From contig NIVC01000184.1 in NCBI GenBank assembly GCA_002269645.1, positions 62,001 to 126,000 of the forward strand: a DNA stretch of 64,000 nucleotides, written 5' to 3'. The position numbers and the translations under genes were made by a program. The notes below the pieces were generated by a model, which was given only the letters and a program-made list of their open reading frames with translations, did not search any database and was not told the DNA's origin. The stretch comes from Macrostomum lignano (Eukaryota). Of this stretch, positions 1-11,189 are shown piece by piece. Every line of letters begins with the position of its first letter. The stretch's first letter is position 1.

Positions 1-1544
1 CCTCTCCTCTCCTCTCCTCTTCTCTCCTCTTCTCTCCTTTCCTTACTGTAAGACTATCAGCAATCAGTATCAGTATCAGTGGCATTGCGATGGTTTTTCA
101 CACATAACATTTGAATGAAATGACCAACATACACGCGACTGAATTCATTGGAAAGAAGAGATGTGCCGCTTTAAAATCACACCAAAGTTGTACTTGCAGC
201 TGCTACTGTTTTTGTTCTTAGCGGTTGGTCCTCATAGGTGTTAATCACCCAGCAGCTCATGCTTAATCGAACCAGGGTTTGTGGCGCGAGAGTCGGTCTA
301 AAGGTTTATTACAAAAATTAGTATTGAATAAAACCAGGTGTTGATTTCGTCCTTGAACTTTACGTTATGATCGCAATATTTCAAAAAAAGAAATACAAGC
401 AACAGACATGTGGTTAAACACGCATTTCTACTTAGACGAGAGTGAAGGACTATCGACTAGATGCAACACGACTCTGCACTCAACTTCCTATTGATTGCTT
501 CAAAAAGCGAATTCAAATTGCATGTAGATCGAGAATCGTTTTCTTCTATTCTACATATAGTTTTAGTTGAGCACATTTCTTAGACCACTTTATAACGATA
601 GGCATGCAGTTATCATTTAATCAGCTCAAATGAATGCGACCCGACTCATGGATTTGAACCAGGGGTCTCTTGCCTAATGAAACAATAATTTTTTTATTCA
701 GCTGCCGAAAGACACCTGCTGCGTTATTGGTTGAAAAAATGAATTACAGAGAACTGCTTGTTTAAGAATCGTCTCTTCATATGTGCATTTGCAAGAGTGA
801 ACTCCTCTCTTTTCTACTCGTATAGTGGTTCCCCAATTTGCTGATTCTTTCCACTTATACTCGGGCACAGGGCACTCCAGAAGGCTCACAGGCATGTAGC
901 TTGTGTGTTGAGTTGAGCGGCTTAACAGCATAGGGTGGGAAAGATTGAGAATCCATGCTACGTCTGAGAGCCTCTATGCCGAAGTAATTTGACTTTGAAT
1001 GAACATATCGCATTACTCTCCCGCCTCGCCTATCGCCTCTCGCCTTTCCCACCGGCCTGGGAACGCTAAGCTAAGCTATTCACGTCATTAACAAGGCCGA
1101 CTAGCACCTCCCTGCGGGTGTGGGCTGGGAAGTAAGTGGGTTTTCGAGGGGGCATGCGGAGGTTAGCGGGCCTAGATTAGGCGAGAGGGGGAGCGTGAGG
1201 AAGGCGAGAACTCACTTTAGAAAAATAAGAAGTGTACTCGGTTTCTGGCGACTACTTACTCCCCGTGTCTGTCGCTCGCTCCTCTCTTCCATCCTCCTTC
1301 GTTCTCCATATTCGTGCCTCGCTTCGCAACTAACGGATTGACCGGGCTTACGTGAAAGTGAGGACCCCCGTATATAGCGTAGTAGAAGAAATTCAATTAG
1401 TGCGGCTTCGAGATGGCGAGCCTGTGCGAGAGTATTGAAAGTGGGTGAGGCCTGTGGACAATGGGATGGATTATAGAGGAATATAGACATGTCAGCAGAC
1501 TGATGGACACTAAGATACCAAGAAGTAAAAGCGCAACGCCACTA

Positions 1545-1795
1545 AGGCAAGAAGACAAACGAGCAGACAGACAGACACTAAGACAGACAGACAGACAGAC
1601 AGACAGACACATAGACAGACAGACACATAGACAGACAGGCAAGCAGGCAGGCAGGCAGACACTAAGACACTAAGACAGACACACAGACAGACAGGCAGAC
1701 AAAAAAGCAGTAAGACAGACATACATGTAGACGCTAGGACACTAAGACAGGGACTATGACAGGGACTAAGACAAACAGTAAGACAGGCAGACCGG
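1545..1795. repeat. (AGAC)n-rich microsatellite with ACTAAG interruptions
   Basis: Visible directly; intronic. Confidence 0.9.
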
Positions 1796-1886
1796 AAGGC
1801 ACATAAAATATACAATGTACATTATATCTAGGTATCAAAATGATCATTAGTTAATCCTGAGCCACCTCCACTTCATCAATTATCAG

Positions 1887-2047
1887 GGCTATTACAAAGA
1901 CACGGTCGAGTTCTACTTCGACTCGCGCGACGAGTGCAAGCACTTTTGGAAGAAGTGCATCGAGCATCACACGTTCTTCCGTTGTCAAGCGGTTAAGCTA
2001 ACTAATCGGCCAAAGCCTAAAGTGGTGTCCAAGGGTTCGACATTCAG
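1887..2047 (+). CDS. FARP: FARP1/2-like exon (FERM C-lobe end / FA region); earlier exons lie upstream of the window
   Basis: tatcag| acceptor and |gtgaga donor; translates GYYKDTVEFYFDSRDECKHFWKKCIEHHTFFRC...SKGSTFR, the FERM-C/FA motif of FARP proteins. Confidence 0.92.
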
Positions 2048-2125
2048 GTGAGAATATCAGATTTTTTCAAATCAAGTGTTTAACTTGCAATCTGCATTTT
2101 TTACTTACGCAACCCACCAAATTAG

Positions 2126-2200
2126 GTATTGCGGCCGAACTCAGAAACAGCTGGTTGAGTTTGTGCGCGAGAACTACGTGAAGCGGCCGCATTTTGACCG
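2126..2200 (+). CDS. FARP: FARP1/2-like exon (FA domain)
   Basis: attag| and |gtgagt; phase-compatible; (R)YCGRTQKQLVEFVRENYVKRPHFDR matches FARP SGRTQKQ motif. Confidence 0.92.
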
Positions 2201-2234
2201 GTGAGTACTCGTAGTTTACTTTGTCACTTTATAT

Positions 2235-2617
2235 CAGCAACCCTGACAGCAACCCTGACAGCACCCCTGACAGCAACCCTGACAGCAACCCCGACAGCAA
2301 CCCTAACAGCAACCCTGACAGCAACCCTAACAGCAACCCTGACAGCAACTCTGACAGCAGCTCTGACAGCAACCCCGACAGCAACCCTAACAGCAACCCT
2401 GACAGCAACCCTAACAGCAACCCTGACAGCAACCCTAACAGCAACCCTGACAGCAACCCTGACAGCAACCCTAGCAGCAACCCTGACAGCAACCCTAACA
2501 GCAACCCTAACAGCAACCCTGACAGCAACCCTAACAGCAACCCTAACAGCAACCCTAACAGCAACCCTAATAGCAACCCTGACAGCAACCCTGACAGCAA
2601 CCCTGACAGCAACCCTA
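2235..2617. repeat. 12-bp tandem repeat CAGCAACCCT(G/A)A, about 32 copies; short second array at 3229-3270
   Basis: Visible period 12; lies inside FARP intron 2201-2663. Confidence 0.97.
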
Positions 2618-2663
2618 CCACTAGCTAGCTCATTAGCTGATGCCCCCCAATCTCCTGCCCCAG

Positions 2664-3163
2664 TGGGTCCGGAGCTCGGTCCCTGCCGAGCCGGTCTCCC
2701 GGCGCCAGGCGCGCGCCGCACCTGCAGCAGTCGTCGCAGTTCAACACTCAGCAGCGCGAGCACCGGCCTCACCTGTTAAACAGCAGCTCGGCAAGGTCGG
2801 CCACCTCCACATCTTCTGGTTCGCACACTCTGCTGCTACTAGGAGAATTGGCTTCTAGCAGAGAGCTCGGTCTTCAACAGCAACATTTTCGCCTGCACCA
2901 TCACGGCCGCCATGCCAACAGCAACAGCAGCTCCGCCGCAGCCGCTGGCGCCGGCGCCAACTCGGAAGCCACACCCGGCAATCACCGCTCGGTGACCGCA
3001 TCGCCGACTTCGTCGACGCCGAGCCGGCAGCCGTACGGCCGGGCGAGATCTCTGCCGGACGGCGGTGAGGGTGTCGAGGAGGAGAGGCGGCGAACCTCTC
3101 CGAAGCGTGAGACCCCGGCAGATGGACGGTTGGACGTCTCTGAGGAGGCGCCTCTGCCACCGG
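2664..3163 (+). CDS. FARP: FARP1/2-like exon (low-complexity linker)
   Basis: ctgccccag| acceptor restores phase 2 and runs open into the ORF-track frame 2848..3297; donor |gtgcgt at 3164 inferred from phase match with the next exon. Confidence 0.72.
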
Positions 3164-3285
3164 GTGCGTTCTGCAACCATTTCTGTTTTAAAATTGTTGT
3201 ACTTTTGAAAGAGTCCATTGTACATACAGACCTGACAGCAACCCTGACAGCAACCCTGACAGCAAACCTAAAATATTTTGCCATA

Positions 3286-3450
3286 AGAGGTTTGTAGCCC
3301 AGTGGTCAGAGCTTTAGACTCACGCTGAAAGGTCGGGGGTTCGATTCTCGACCCTCTCGGAACAATTTGTGTCCTTGAGCAAGACACTTAACTCTGAACT
3401 GCTTCAGTTCGTTTAGGGCAGGTGTAACCAGTTATTATTATTATATTATT
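3286..3450 (+). mobile_element. tRNA-derived SINE, internally deleted copy
   Basis: tRNA-like head (A box TAGCCCAGTGG, B box GGTTCGATTC), then GTCCTTGAGCAAGACACTTAAC, 3' end GGCAGGTGTAA and (TTA)n tail shared with 48745-49022. Confidence 0.8.
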
Positions 3451-4167
3451 ACACGAGGGTTGTATCTTTAGGAATAGCTAAAGCAGCCAGCAGCTTTGGC
3501 ACCTCCAAGTCTTTCCCAGCTGCTCCAAGACAACACTCTTCAGTGGAACGACCGAAATTTTCTCAAACTGCTGCTAGTAAATCAACTTTCATAAAGAAAC
3601 GACTGTACATGTAAATCCACGCTATAACTTACCCTACCATAGTTTACTAAACCAAGCCAAGCGATCAGTACTGGCTTTCCACCACTGCCCCATCCACCCC
3701 CGCTGGGACCTCATGACTCGACTGGCTGTCTCCCACTGCAGCATCCTCATCTCGAATGCTCAGCCTCCCAGTCTGATTAATGCAAATTGCACACTAAGCT
3801 GCTGCCAACCCCCCCCGCTGGAGTTGTCTGTGCCTCCTGCGTATCATTTCCCAATGTTCCATCCCCAACTCCCCAGTCTGCCAGTTGTGTAGGCAAGTTT
3901 TAACTTTAGCGTCTTTTTTTCACCCAGCCAACCCTGACTAGGCATGTATTTGCATAGTATAGTATGCTGCTGCTGCTACTGTGTGTGTGTGTTTGTGAAT
4001 TGCTTTCACTGAGCATTCATAAGTTCCCTCCCGAGACAGTGTTCGCATAATTCAATTTATCTGTTGGCGAAGCAAATTTTTTCTCAATGAAACAGTCAAT
4101 ATATCATTATAGCACTGGGATGGCTAATTTTCTTTGCGTGCAGTTGCACCTCTTTGACTTATACCGC

Positions 4168-4505
4168 AGCCCTCCCAGAGTGTCAGTTGCTGGGCCAGCC
4201 TCCCAGAGTGTCAGTTGCTGGGCCAGCATGCCAGAGTGTCAGTTGCTGGGCCAGCCTCCGAGATCCCCAGTTGCTGGGCCAGCCTCCCAGATCCCCAGTT
4301 GCTGGGCCAGCCTTCCAAAGTGTCAGTTGCTGGGCCAGCTTCCCAGATCCTCAGTTGCTGGGCCAGCCTCCCAGAGTGTCAGTTGCTGGGCCAGCCTCCC
4401 AGATCCTCAGTTGCTGGGCCAACCTCCCAGGAGTGTCAGTTGCTGGGCCAGCTTCCCAGAGTGTCAGTTGCTGGGCCAGCCTCCCAGATCCTCAGTTGTG
4501 GGCCA
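4168..4505. repeat. 28-bp minisatellite CAGTTGCTGGGCCAGCCTCCCAGA(TCCT/GTGT), array 1
   Basis: Visible directly. Confidence 0.95.
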
Positions 4506-4609
4506 CTTCCAGCCTACCAAATCTTCCCAAATCCTCAGGCTAGTTCAATGACCCCAGGTTCTCAGGTTAGTCCAAATCAATGTTCCTCAACGCACTTCTC
4601 AACCATCAG

Positions 4610-4827
4610 ATGGAGTGGATCTGCCGCCGCCGCCATTGTCTGAGCAAGATGACTCAACAGAGTTGGCTCAGCAGCAGCAGCAGAAGCAGAAGGGACCGCC
4701 GTACATTGCCGGTGGCACCTACGAGACCAGAGTGCGGGCTGCCGGCTCTGGCGACCGGACCAGCACCATTCTTGGCGACCGCGAGGAGCTGGCCATCATC
4801 CAAGACTGTGCTGATGAAGGACTGCAG
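4610..4827 (+). CDS. FARP: FARP1/2-like exon (linker)
   Basis: accatcag| and |gtaatg; phase 1 in, phase 0 out, compatible with both neighbours; GC-rich Pro/Gln-rich coding style. Confidence 0.72.
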
Positions 4828-4904
4828 GTAATGTCTGTGTAGACGGGCTGCGACTCTTGTAAGTGGATCCCTGCCAGATATTGTGCTCTGAGGCCTCTAA
4901 AACC

Positions 4905-5460
4905 TCAGTTGCTGGGACATCTTCTCAGATCCTTACTTGCTGGGCCAGCCTCCCAGATCCTCTCAGTTGCTGGGCCAGCCTCCCGGATCCTCAGTTGCTG
5001 GGCCAGCCTCCCAAATCCTCAGTTGCTGGACCAGCCTCCCAGATCCCCAGTTGCTGGACCAGCCTCCCAAAGTGTCAGTTGCTGGGCCAGCCTCCCAAAT
5101 CCTCAGTTGCTGGACCAGCCTCCCAAATACTCGGTTGCTGGGCCAGCCTCCCAAATTCTCAGTTGCTGGGCCAGCCTCCAAGGAGTGTCAGTTGCTGGGC
5201 CAGCCTCCCAGATCCCCAAGTTGCTGGGCCAGTCTCCCAAAGTTTCAGTTGCTGGGCCAGCCTCCCAGAGTGTCAGTTGCTGGGCCAGCCTCCCAGAGTG
5301 TCAGTTGCTGGGCCAGCCTCCCAGAGTGTCAGTTGCTGGGCCAGCCTCCCAGAGTGTCAGTTGCTGGGCCAGCCTCCCAGAGTGTCAGTTGCTGGGCCAG
5401 CCTCCCAGAGTGTCAGTTGCTGGGCCAGCCTCCCAGAGTGTCAGTTGCTGGGCCAGCCTC
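4905..5460. repeat. 28-bp minisatellite, array 2
   Basis: Same unit as 4168-4505. Confidence 0.95.
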
Positions 5461-6205
5461 TTAGATTCCATTTTCAGTTGCATAAGCCCAGCTGGCGTTA
5501 AACTTTTGCAACCCAAATACACTCCATCAGTCACTGTAAATAAATGCGTAGGAACTCTACCCACTCAAGCGTCAGCAAGCTTTATTTTCTAGACTGCTCT
5601 CTTCCAGACAGCTTGGAATTGAATTTCAATCCAAGCCTCAACCATAAGCTGCTTTGACGAAAATGAATTGGCAAAAGGAGCTGCCGCTAGCAGACAGAGC
5701 GGCAGAGGCGAGCGGACTGACTGTGAAATAGGATTCCAGAGCCGCTCGCAGCTGTTGCAGAAATGAAAATTTATATTAATCTGTGCATATATATACAAAT
5801 ATATATATTACATAGGCTGAACTTCAAGGAGTTGAGTTTGTCAGGGAGATTAGGAAAACAAAATATTAGAACCTTTTTTCGAAGTGTTTCTACTGTCACG
5901 CAAACGCAGTTGAAACTGTCTGAGAATTACAGTGCAGATGGGCCTGGGGATTAGTGCCACTAAGCCTAATTAATCTTGTTGACAGCCAGTTTTGTTTCTC
6001 ATTTCGATAGATGATTTATTACGAAGAAAATTAGCACTTTAAAAATCCAGCGTGGCATCCGGTTGAACTCTTTTGATTCATAAATTGTTTTTCAACGATT
6101 TCTTTGAGCAAGCCTGTTGACTACTACTGACTAGTAGAGACTGGATCAAATTTTTTTATTTTAATGCTCTGCAAAATCTTCTTATTTCTACGGCTTTGTT
6201 CAAAC

Positions 6206-8445
6206 TTCCTTGGATGACGAATTTCCCCAGTTGAATTCTCCTCCATGGATGACGAATTTCCCCAGTTGAATTCCCTTCCTTGGATGACGAATTTCCCCAG
6301 TTGAATTCTCCTCCATGGATGACGAATTTCCCCAGTTGAATTCTCCTCCATGGATGACGAATTTCCCCAGTTGAATTCCCCTCCTTGGATGACAAATTTA
6401 CCCAGTTGAATTCTCCTTTTTGGATGACGAATTTACCCAGTTGAATTCCCCTTTTTGGATGACGAATTTCCCCAGTTGATGTCCCCTTTTTGGATGACGA
6501 ATTTCCCCAGTTGATGTCCCCTTTTTGGATGACGAATTTCCCCAGTTGAATTCTCCTCCATGGATGACGAATTTCCCCAGTTGAATTCTCCTCCATGGAT
6601 GACGAATTTCCCAGTTGAATTCCCTTCCTTGGATGACGAATTTCCCCAGTTGAATTCCCCTTTTTGGATGACGAATTTCCCCAGTTGATGTCCCCTTTTT
6701 TGGATGACGAATTTCCCCAGTTGAATTCCCCTTTTTGGATGACGAATTTCCCCAGTTGAATTCTCCTCCATGGATGACGAATTTCCCCAGTTGAATTCTC
6801 CTCCATGGATGACGAATTTCCCAGTTGAATTCCCTTCCTTGGATGACGAATTTCCCCAGTTGAATTCCCCTTTTTGGATGACGAATTTCCCCAGTTGATG
6901 TCCCCTTTTTTGGATGACGAATTTCCCCAGTTGAATTCCCCTTTTTGGATGACAAATTTCCCCAGTTGAATTCCCCTCCTTGGATGACGAATTTCCCCAG
7001 TTGAATTCCCTTCCTTGGATGACGAATTCCCCAGTTGAATTCTCCTCCATGGATGACGAATTCCCCAGTTGAATTCCCCTCCTTGGATGACAAATTTACC
7101 CAGTTGAATTCCCCTTTTTGGATGACGAATTTCCCCAGTTGAATTCTCCTCCATGGATGACGAATTTCCCAAGTTGAATTCTCCTCCATGGATGACGAAT
7201 TTCCCCAGTTGAATTCCCTTCCTTGGATGACGAATTCCCCAGTTGAATTCTCCTCCATGGATGACGAATTTCCCCAGTTGAATTCCCCTTTTTGGATGAC
7301 GAATTTCCCCAGTTGAATTCTCCTCCATGGATGACGAATTTCCCCAGTTGAATTCCCTTCCTTGGATGACGAATTCCCCAGTTGAATTCTCCTCCATGGA
7401 TGACGAATTCCCCAGTTGAATTCCCCTCCTTGGATGACAAATTTACCCAGTTGAATTCCCCTCCATGGATGACGAATTTCCCAAGTTGAATTCTCCTCCA
7501 TGGATGACGAATTTCCCCAGTTGAATTCCCTTCCTTGGATGACGAATTCCCCAGTTGAATTCTCCTCCATGGATGACGAATTTCCCCAGTTGAATTCCCC
7601 TTTTTGGATGACGAATTTCCCCAGTTGAATTCTCCTCCATGGATGACGAATTTCCCCAGTTGAATTCTCCTCCATGGATGACGAATTTCCCCAGTTGAAT
7701 TCTCCTCCATGGATGACGAATTTCCCCAGTTGAATTCCCTTCCTTGGATGACGAATTTCCCCAGTTGAATTCCCCTTTTTGGATGACGAATTTCCCCAGT
7801 TGAATTCCCCTTTTTGGATGACAAATTTCCCCAATTGAATTCCCCTTTTTGGATGACAAATTTCCCAAGTTGAATTCCCCTTTTTGGATGACGAATTTCC
7901 CCAGTTGAATTCCCTTCCTTGGATGACGAATTCCCCAGTTGAATTCTCCTCCATGGATGACGAATTCCCCAGTTGAATTCCCCTCCTTGGATGACAAATT
8001 TACCCAGTTGAATTCCCCTTTTTGGATGACGAATTTCCCCAGTTGAATTCTCCTCCATGGATGACGAATTTCCCAAGTTGAATTCTCCTCCATGGATGAC
8101 GAATTTCCCCAGTTGAATTCCCTTCCTTGGATGACGAATTCCCCAGTTGAATTCTCCTCCATGGATGACGAATTTCCCCAGTTGAATTCCCCTTTTTGGA
8201 TGACGAATTTCCCCAGTTGAATTCTCCTCCATGGATGACGAATTTCCCAAGTTGAATTCTCCTCCATGGATGACGAATTTCCCCAGTTGAATTCTCCTCC
8301 ATGGATGACGAATTTCCCCAGTTGAATTCTCCTCCATGGATGACGAATTTCCCCAGTTGAATTCCCCTTTTTCGATGACGAATTTCCCTAGTTCAATTCC
8401 CCTCCTTGGATGACGAATTTCCCCAGTTGAATTCCCCTCTTTGGA
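6206..8445. repeat. 35-bp minisatellite GGATGACGAATTTCCCCAGTTGAATTC plus 8 variable nt, about 64 copies
   Basis: Visible directly; variant tails TCCTCCAT, CCTTCCTT, CCCTTTTT, CCCTCCTT. Confidence 0.97.
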
Positions 8446-8687
8446 AAGCAAATTCCCTCAATTTTAAATCCTGTTTTTGATGCAGATTCTCCCAGTTTTA
8501 ATTTCCCCTTCAGGCTGACGAATCCCCTAGTCGATTCCCTAAATTTGAACTGAAACCTTTTAACAAAGCAAGTCCTTGTTCAGTTGCTACCCTGATCCCA
8601 TAGTTGCACTTTAACTTCTGATGAAGGCATGGATAATCAAATTTAGCTGTCACCAAATTTTTTCACTCTTTTGCCATCTCCCGCCAG

Positions 8688-10460
8688 CCCCGGCCAGCGC
8701 CAGGCAGAGGTGGCGGACTCAACGGAGCAAATCAACAACAGCTGGCCGCCTCGTCACCTCCGCCGATGCCTCCGCCTTCGCCGCCTCCGCCGCCGCCGCC
8801 GCTATCTCAAGGCGGCGAGGCCATCGACGCTGGCGATCTCGGCGAAGACGACGACGCCGGAGACGCAGACCGTCGGGGCCGTTGCTACGGAGGCGGCGGC
8901 GCACATTCGGTGGCGTCGCACACTCTAGCGCTGAGCGGCGCCGGCAGCGGCTCCGCGCGGGGCGGCGGCGGCGGCGGCTGCGGTCTCTCCACCGACGCCG
9001 ACTCGGACGCCGATGCTCGGAGCACCGCGTCGAGCGCATTCAGCAGCGCCGGCGGTTACAGAGGCCGACGCAGTAAGCAGCACTTCCCAACTGAACGGCC
9101 ATACTATCTGTGCAAAGAGCTGCTCATGACCGAGCGAGCCTACAGGCGCGATCTGGAGATCCTGTGCGACCATCTGCGCAAAGCTGTCGGTCACCTGCCG
9201 GACGCTGAGACCGTCCTCGGTCCGGCCTGGTCAGTGCTAGACCAGCTGCGTGAGGAACACGCCCACCTGCTGCGCGACCTGGAGCAACGTCTGCACGCTT
9301 GGGAGCGTTCGGCTGTTGCCATAGCAACCGCCCTAGCCAATGGCCAGGCCCCGCCTCCGATGGAGCAGCACAGAGTGGCGGAGGTGCTGCTGCGGCACCT
9401 GCGCCTGCTGCCCTGGTACCGGAAGTACATGGAAGGCGCTCCGGAAATGCTGCTAAGTCTGTTCCGAGCTCTGCGCGACAACCGACAACTTGAAGACGCC
9501 GTGAGAGCTTTCGAGTCGCAGAAGCTGTGCTACCTGCCCCTTGCCTGTCTGCTTCTGGCCCCGGCGCATCGGCTGCTGCACTACCGGCGTATCTGCAACC
9601 TGCTGCTCTGTCACTATGGCAACGGAGACGAAGCCGAGTCGCCGGATGCTCAGGACAGCCGCTTACTGCAGGCGCAACTGTTGGACGCGCTCACCCAGCA
9701 TCGCGACTCCTGCATCCGAGCTGAGCAGCTGAATCAACTGGCCGAGCTGCAGCGCGACGTCCTTGGCGCTGATTCGTTGCTTAACCCTCTGGCCGACCGG
9801 CCGGCCGCTTTTGTCCGACTTGGCTGGCTCAAGAAGCTGTCTCGGAGGGGTTTCGCCGCTCGCCTGTTCTTCTTGACCGGCGACACCCTGCTGTACGCCA
9901 GCCGGGGCTCCCTGCAGCTGCTCAAACTGCACGGCCACCTGCCCATGTCGCCGCCGGACGCCGTTGCCGCTGTGCCGATCGACTCCGCCAGCGGCCCGGA
10001 CGGCGAGCAGCACCGGGCAATGCTGGACGCCGCCTCATTGGCCGCCTGCGACGCCGAGCCGCACTCGTTCGCCGTGTTCGGCGGCCGGCCGCGCCGGGCC
10101 TTCGTGCTGGCCGCTCGCAGCGAAGCCGACCGTCAGCTGTGGCTGCGCGACATCGCCTGGGTGGCGTCTTCGTCCGCCTCCCTGGCCGATCCGCCGTCGC
10201 CGACAGCTCAACAAGCCGCCGCCGTCTCGTCCGCGAATCCTTCATCGAGTACGGAACGGCATCATATTCAACAGCGGAGCTTCTTCACTGCGCACGTCTG
10301 CTGGCACCGGTGTGCCACGGTTGGCTTCCAGGACATTGTCCGCTGTCACGACTGCCGCATCAGCGGCCACCTGTTGAGGAAGTTTAAAAACTCAGGCGGC
10401 TGGCAACGACTGTGGGTGGTGTTCAGCCACTTCTCCTTGTTCTTCTACAAGTCCTACCAT
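8688..10460 (+). CDS. FARP: FARP1/2-like large exon: DH (RhoGEF) domain, PH1 and start of PH2
   Basis: ccgccag| acceptor in frame with ORF 8766..10472; YYLCKELLMTERAYRRDLE, CYLPL...HRLLHY, HVCWHR and SGHLLRKFKNSGGWQRLWVVF motifs; |gtgagt donor at 10461. Confidence 0.95.
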
Positions 10461-10499
10461 GTGAGTGGCTGACTTGAGGGCCGAAGCTTGCGTGTCAGA

Positions 10500-10905
10500 T
10501 CTTCAGTTGCTGGGCCAGCCTCCCAGATCCTCAGTTGCTGGGCCAGCCTCCCAGATCCTCAGTTGCTGGGCCAGCCTCCCAGATCCTCAGTTGCTGGGCC
10601 AGCCTCCCAGATCCTCAGTTGCTGGGCTAGCCTCCCAGATCCTCAGTTGCTGGGCCAGCCTCCCAGGTCCGCAGTTGCTGGGCCAGCCTCCCAGGTCCTC
10701 AGTTGCTGGGCCAGCCTCCCAAATCCTCAGTTGCTGGGCCAGCCTCCCAGATCCTCAGTTGCTGGGCCAGTCTCCCAGGTCCTCAGTTTCTGGGCCAGCC
10801 TCCCAGATCCTCAGTTGCTGGGCCAGCCTCCCAGGTCCTCAGTTGCTGGGACAGCCTCCCAGGTCCTTAGTTGCTGGGCCAGCCTCCCAGGTCCGCAGTC
10901 GCTGG
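10500..10905. repeat. 28-bp minisatellite, array 3
   Basis: Same unit; fills FARP intron 10461-10951. Confidence 0.95.
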
Positions 10906-10951
10906 GCAATCGGGTCACCCACGCTAATAATAAACGTCACCCCCTTTCCAG

Positions 10952-11112
10952 GACGAGGCCCCAATGGCCACGCTGCCTCTGATTGGCTACCGCATTAGCC
11001 AACCAGACGAGTCGGACGCGCACCTCACCCAAGGCAAAAGCAACGTTTTCAAATTGCAGTGGAAACATCACGAGTATTTCTTCCGTACAGACTGTCAGTA
11101 CACGTTTGAAAG
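10952..11112 (+). CDS. FARP: FARP1/2-like exon (PH2)
   Basis: ctttccag| and |gtaggt; DEAPMATLPLIGY...NVFKLQWKHHEYFFRTDCQYTFER matches FARP PH2. Confidence 0.93.
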
Positions 11113-11189
11113 GTAGGTAGAAGGTGCGATGTATTACTTCAGTTTTTCATTGCCCTGTGTGGTTTGCTTCTGTTTGGGGTCTTTGTACA

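Noticed and set aside
636-675. tRNA/SINE on the minus strand (GGTTCAAATCC B-box)
   Set aside because: No A box or cloverleaf; at most a SINE fragment.
1330-1390. Twister ribozyme or group II intron domain V
   Set aside because: GGTCC and AAGCCC on the minus strand are not contiguous and other conserved elements are absent; no domain V catalytic triad geometry.
2201-2779. SNPD- or TATL-repeat proteins
   Set aside because: The repeat lies between a GTGAG donor and a phase-compatible acceptor of FARP, so it is intronic.
4087-5592. ORFs made of VAGPASQ / QLLGQPP / CWASLP repeats (also 10465-10998)
   Set aside because: Three-frame translations of the intronic 28-bp minisatellite.
6156-8451. 413-518-aa minus-strand ORFs, and a CRISPR-like constant+variable layout
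   Set aside because: The 35-bp repeat is open in all frames; the variable part is only 8 nt from a few recurring variants, not unique spacers; no cas genes; eukaryotic intron.
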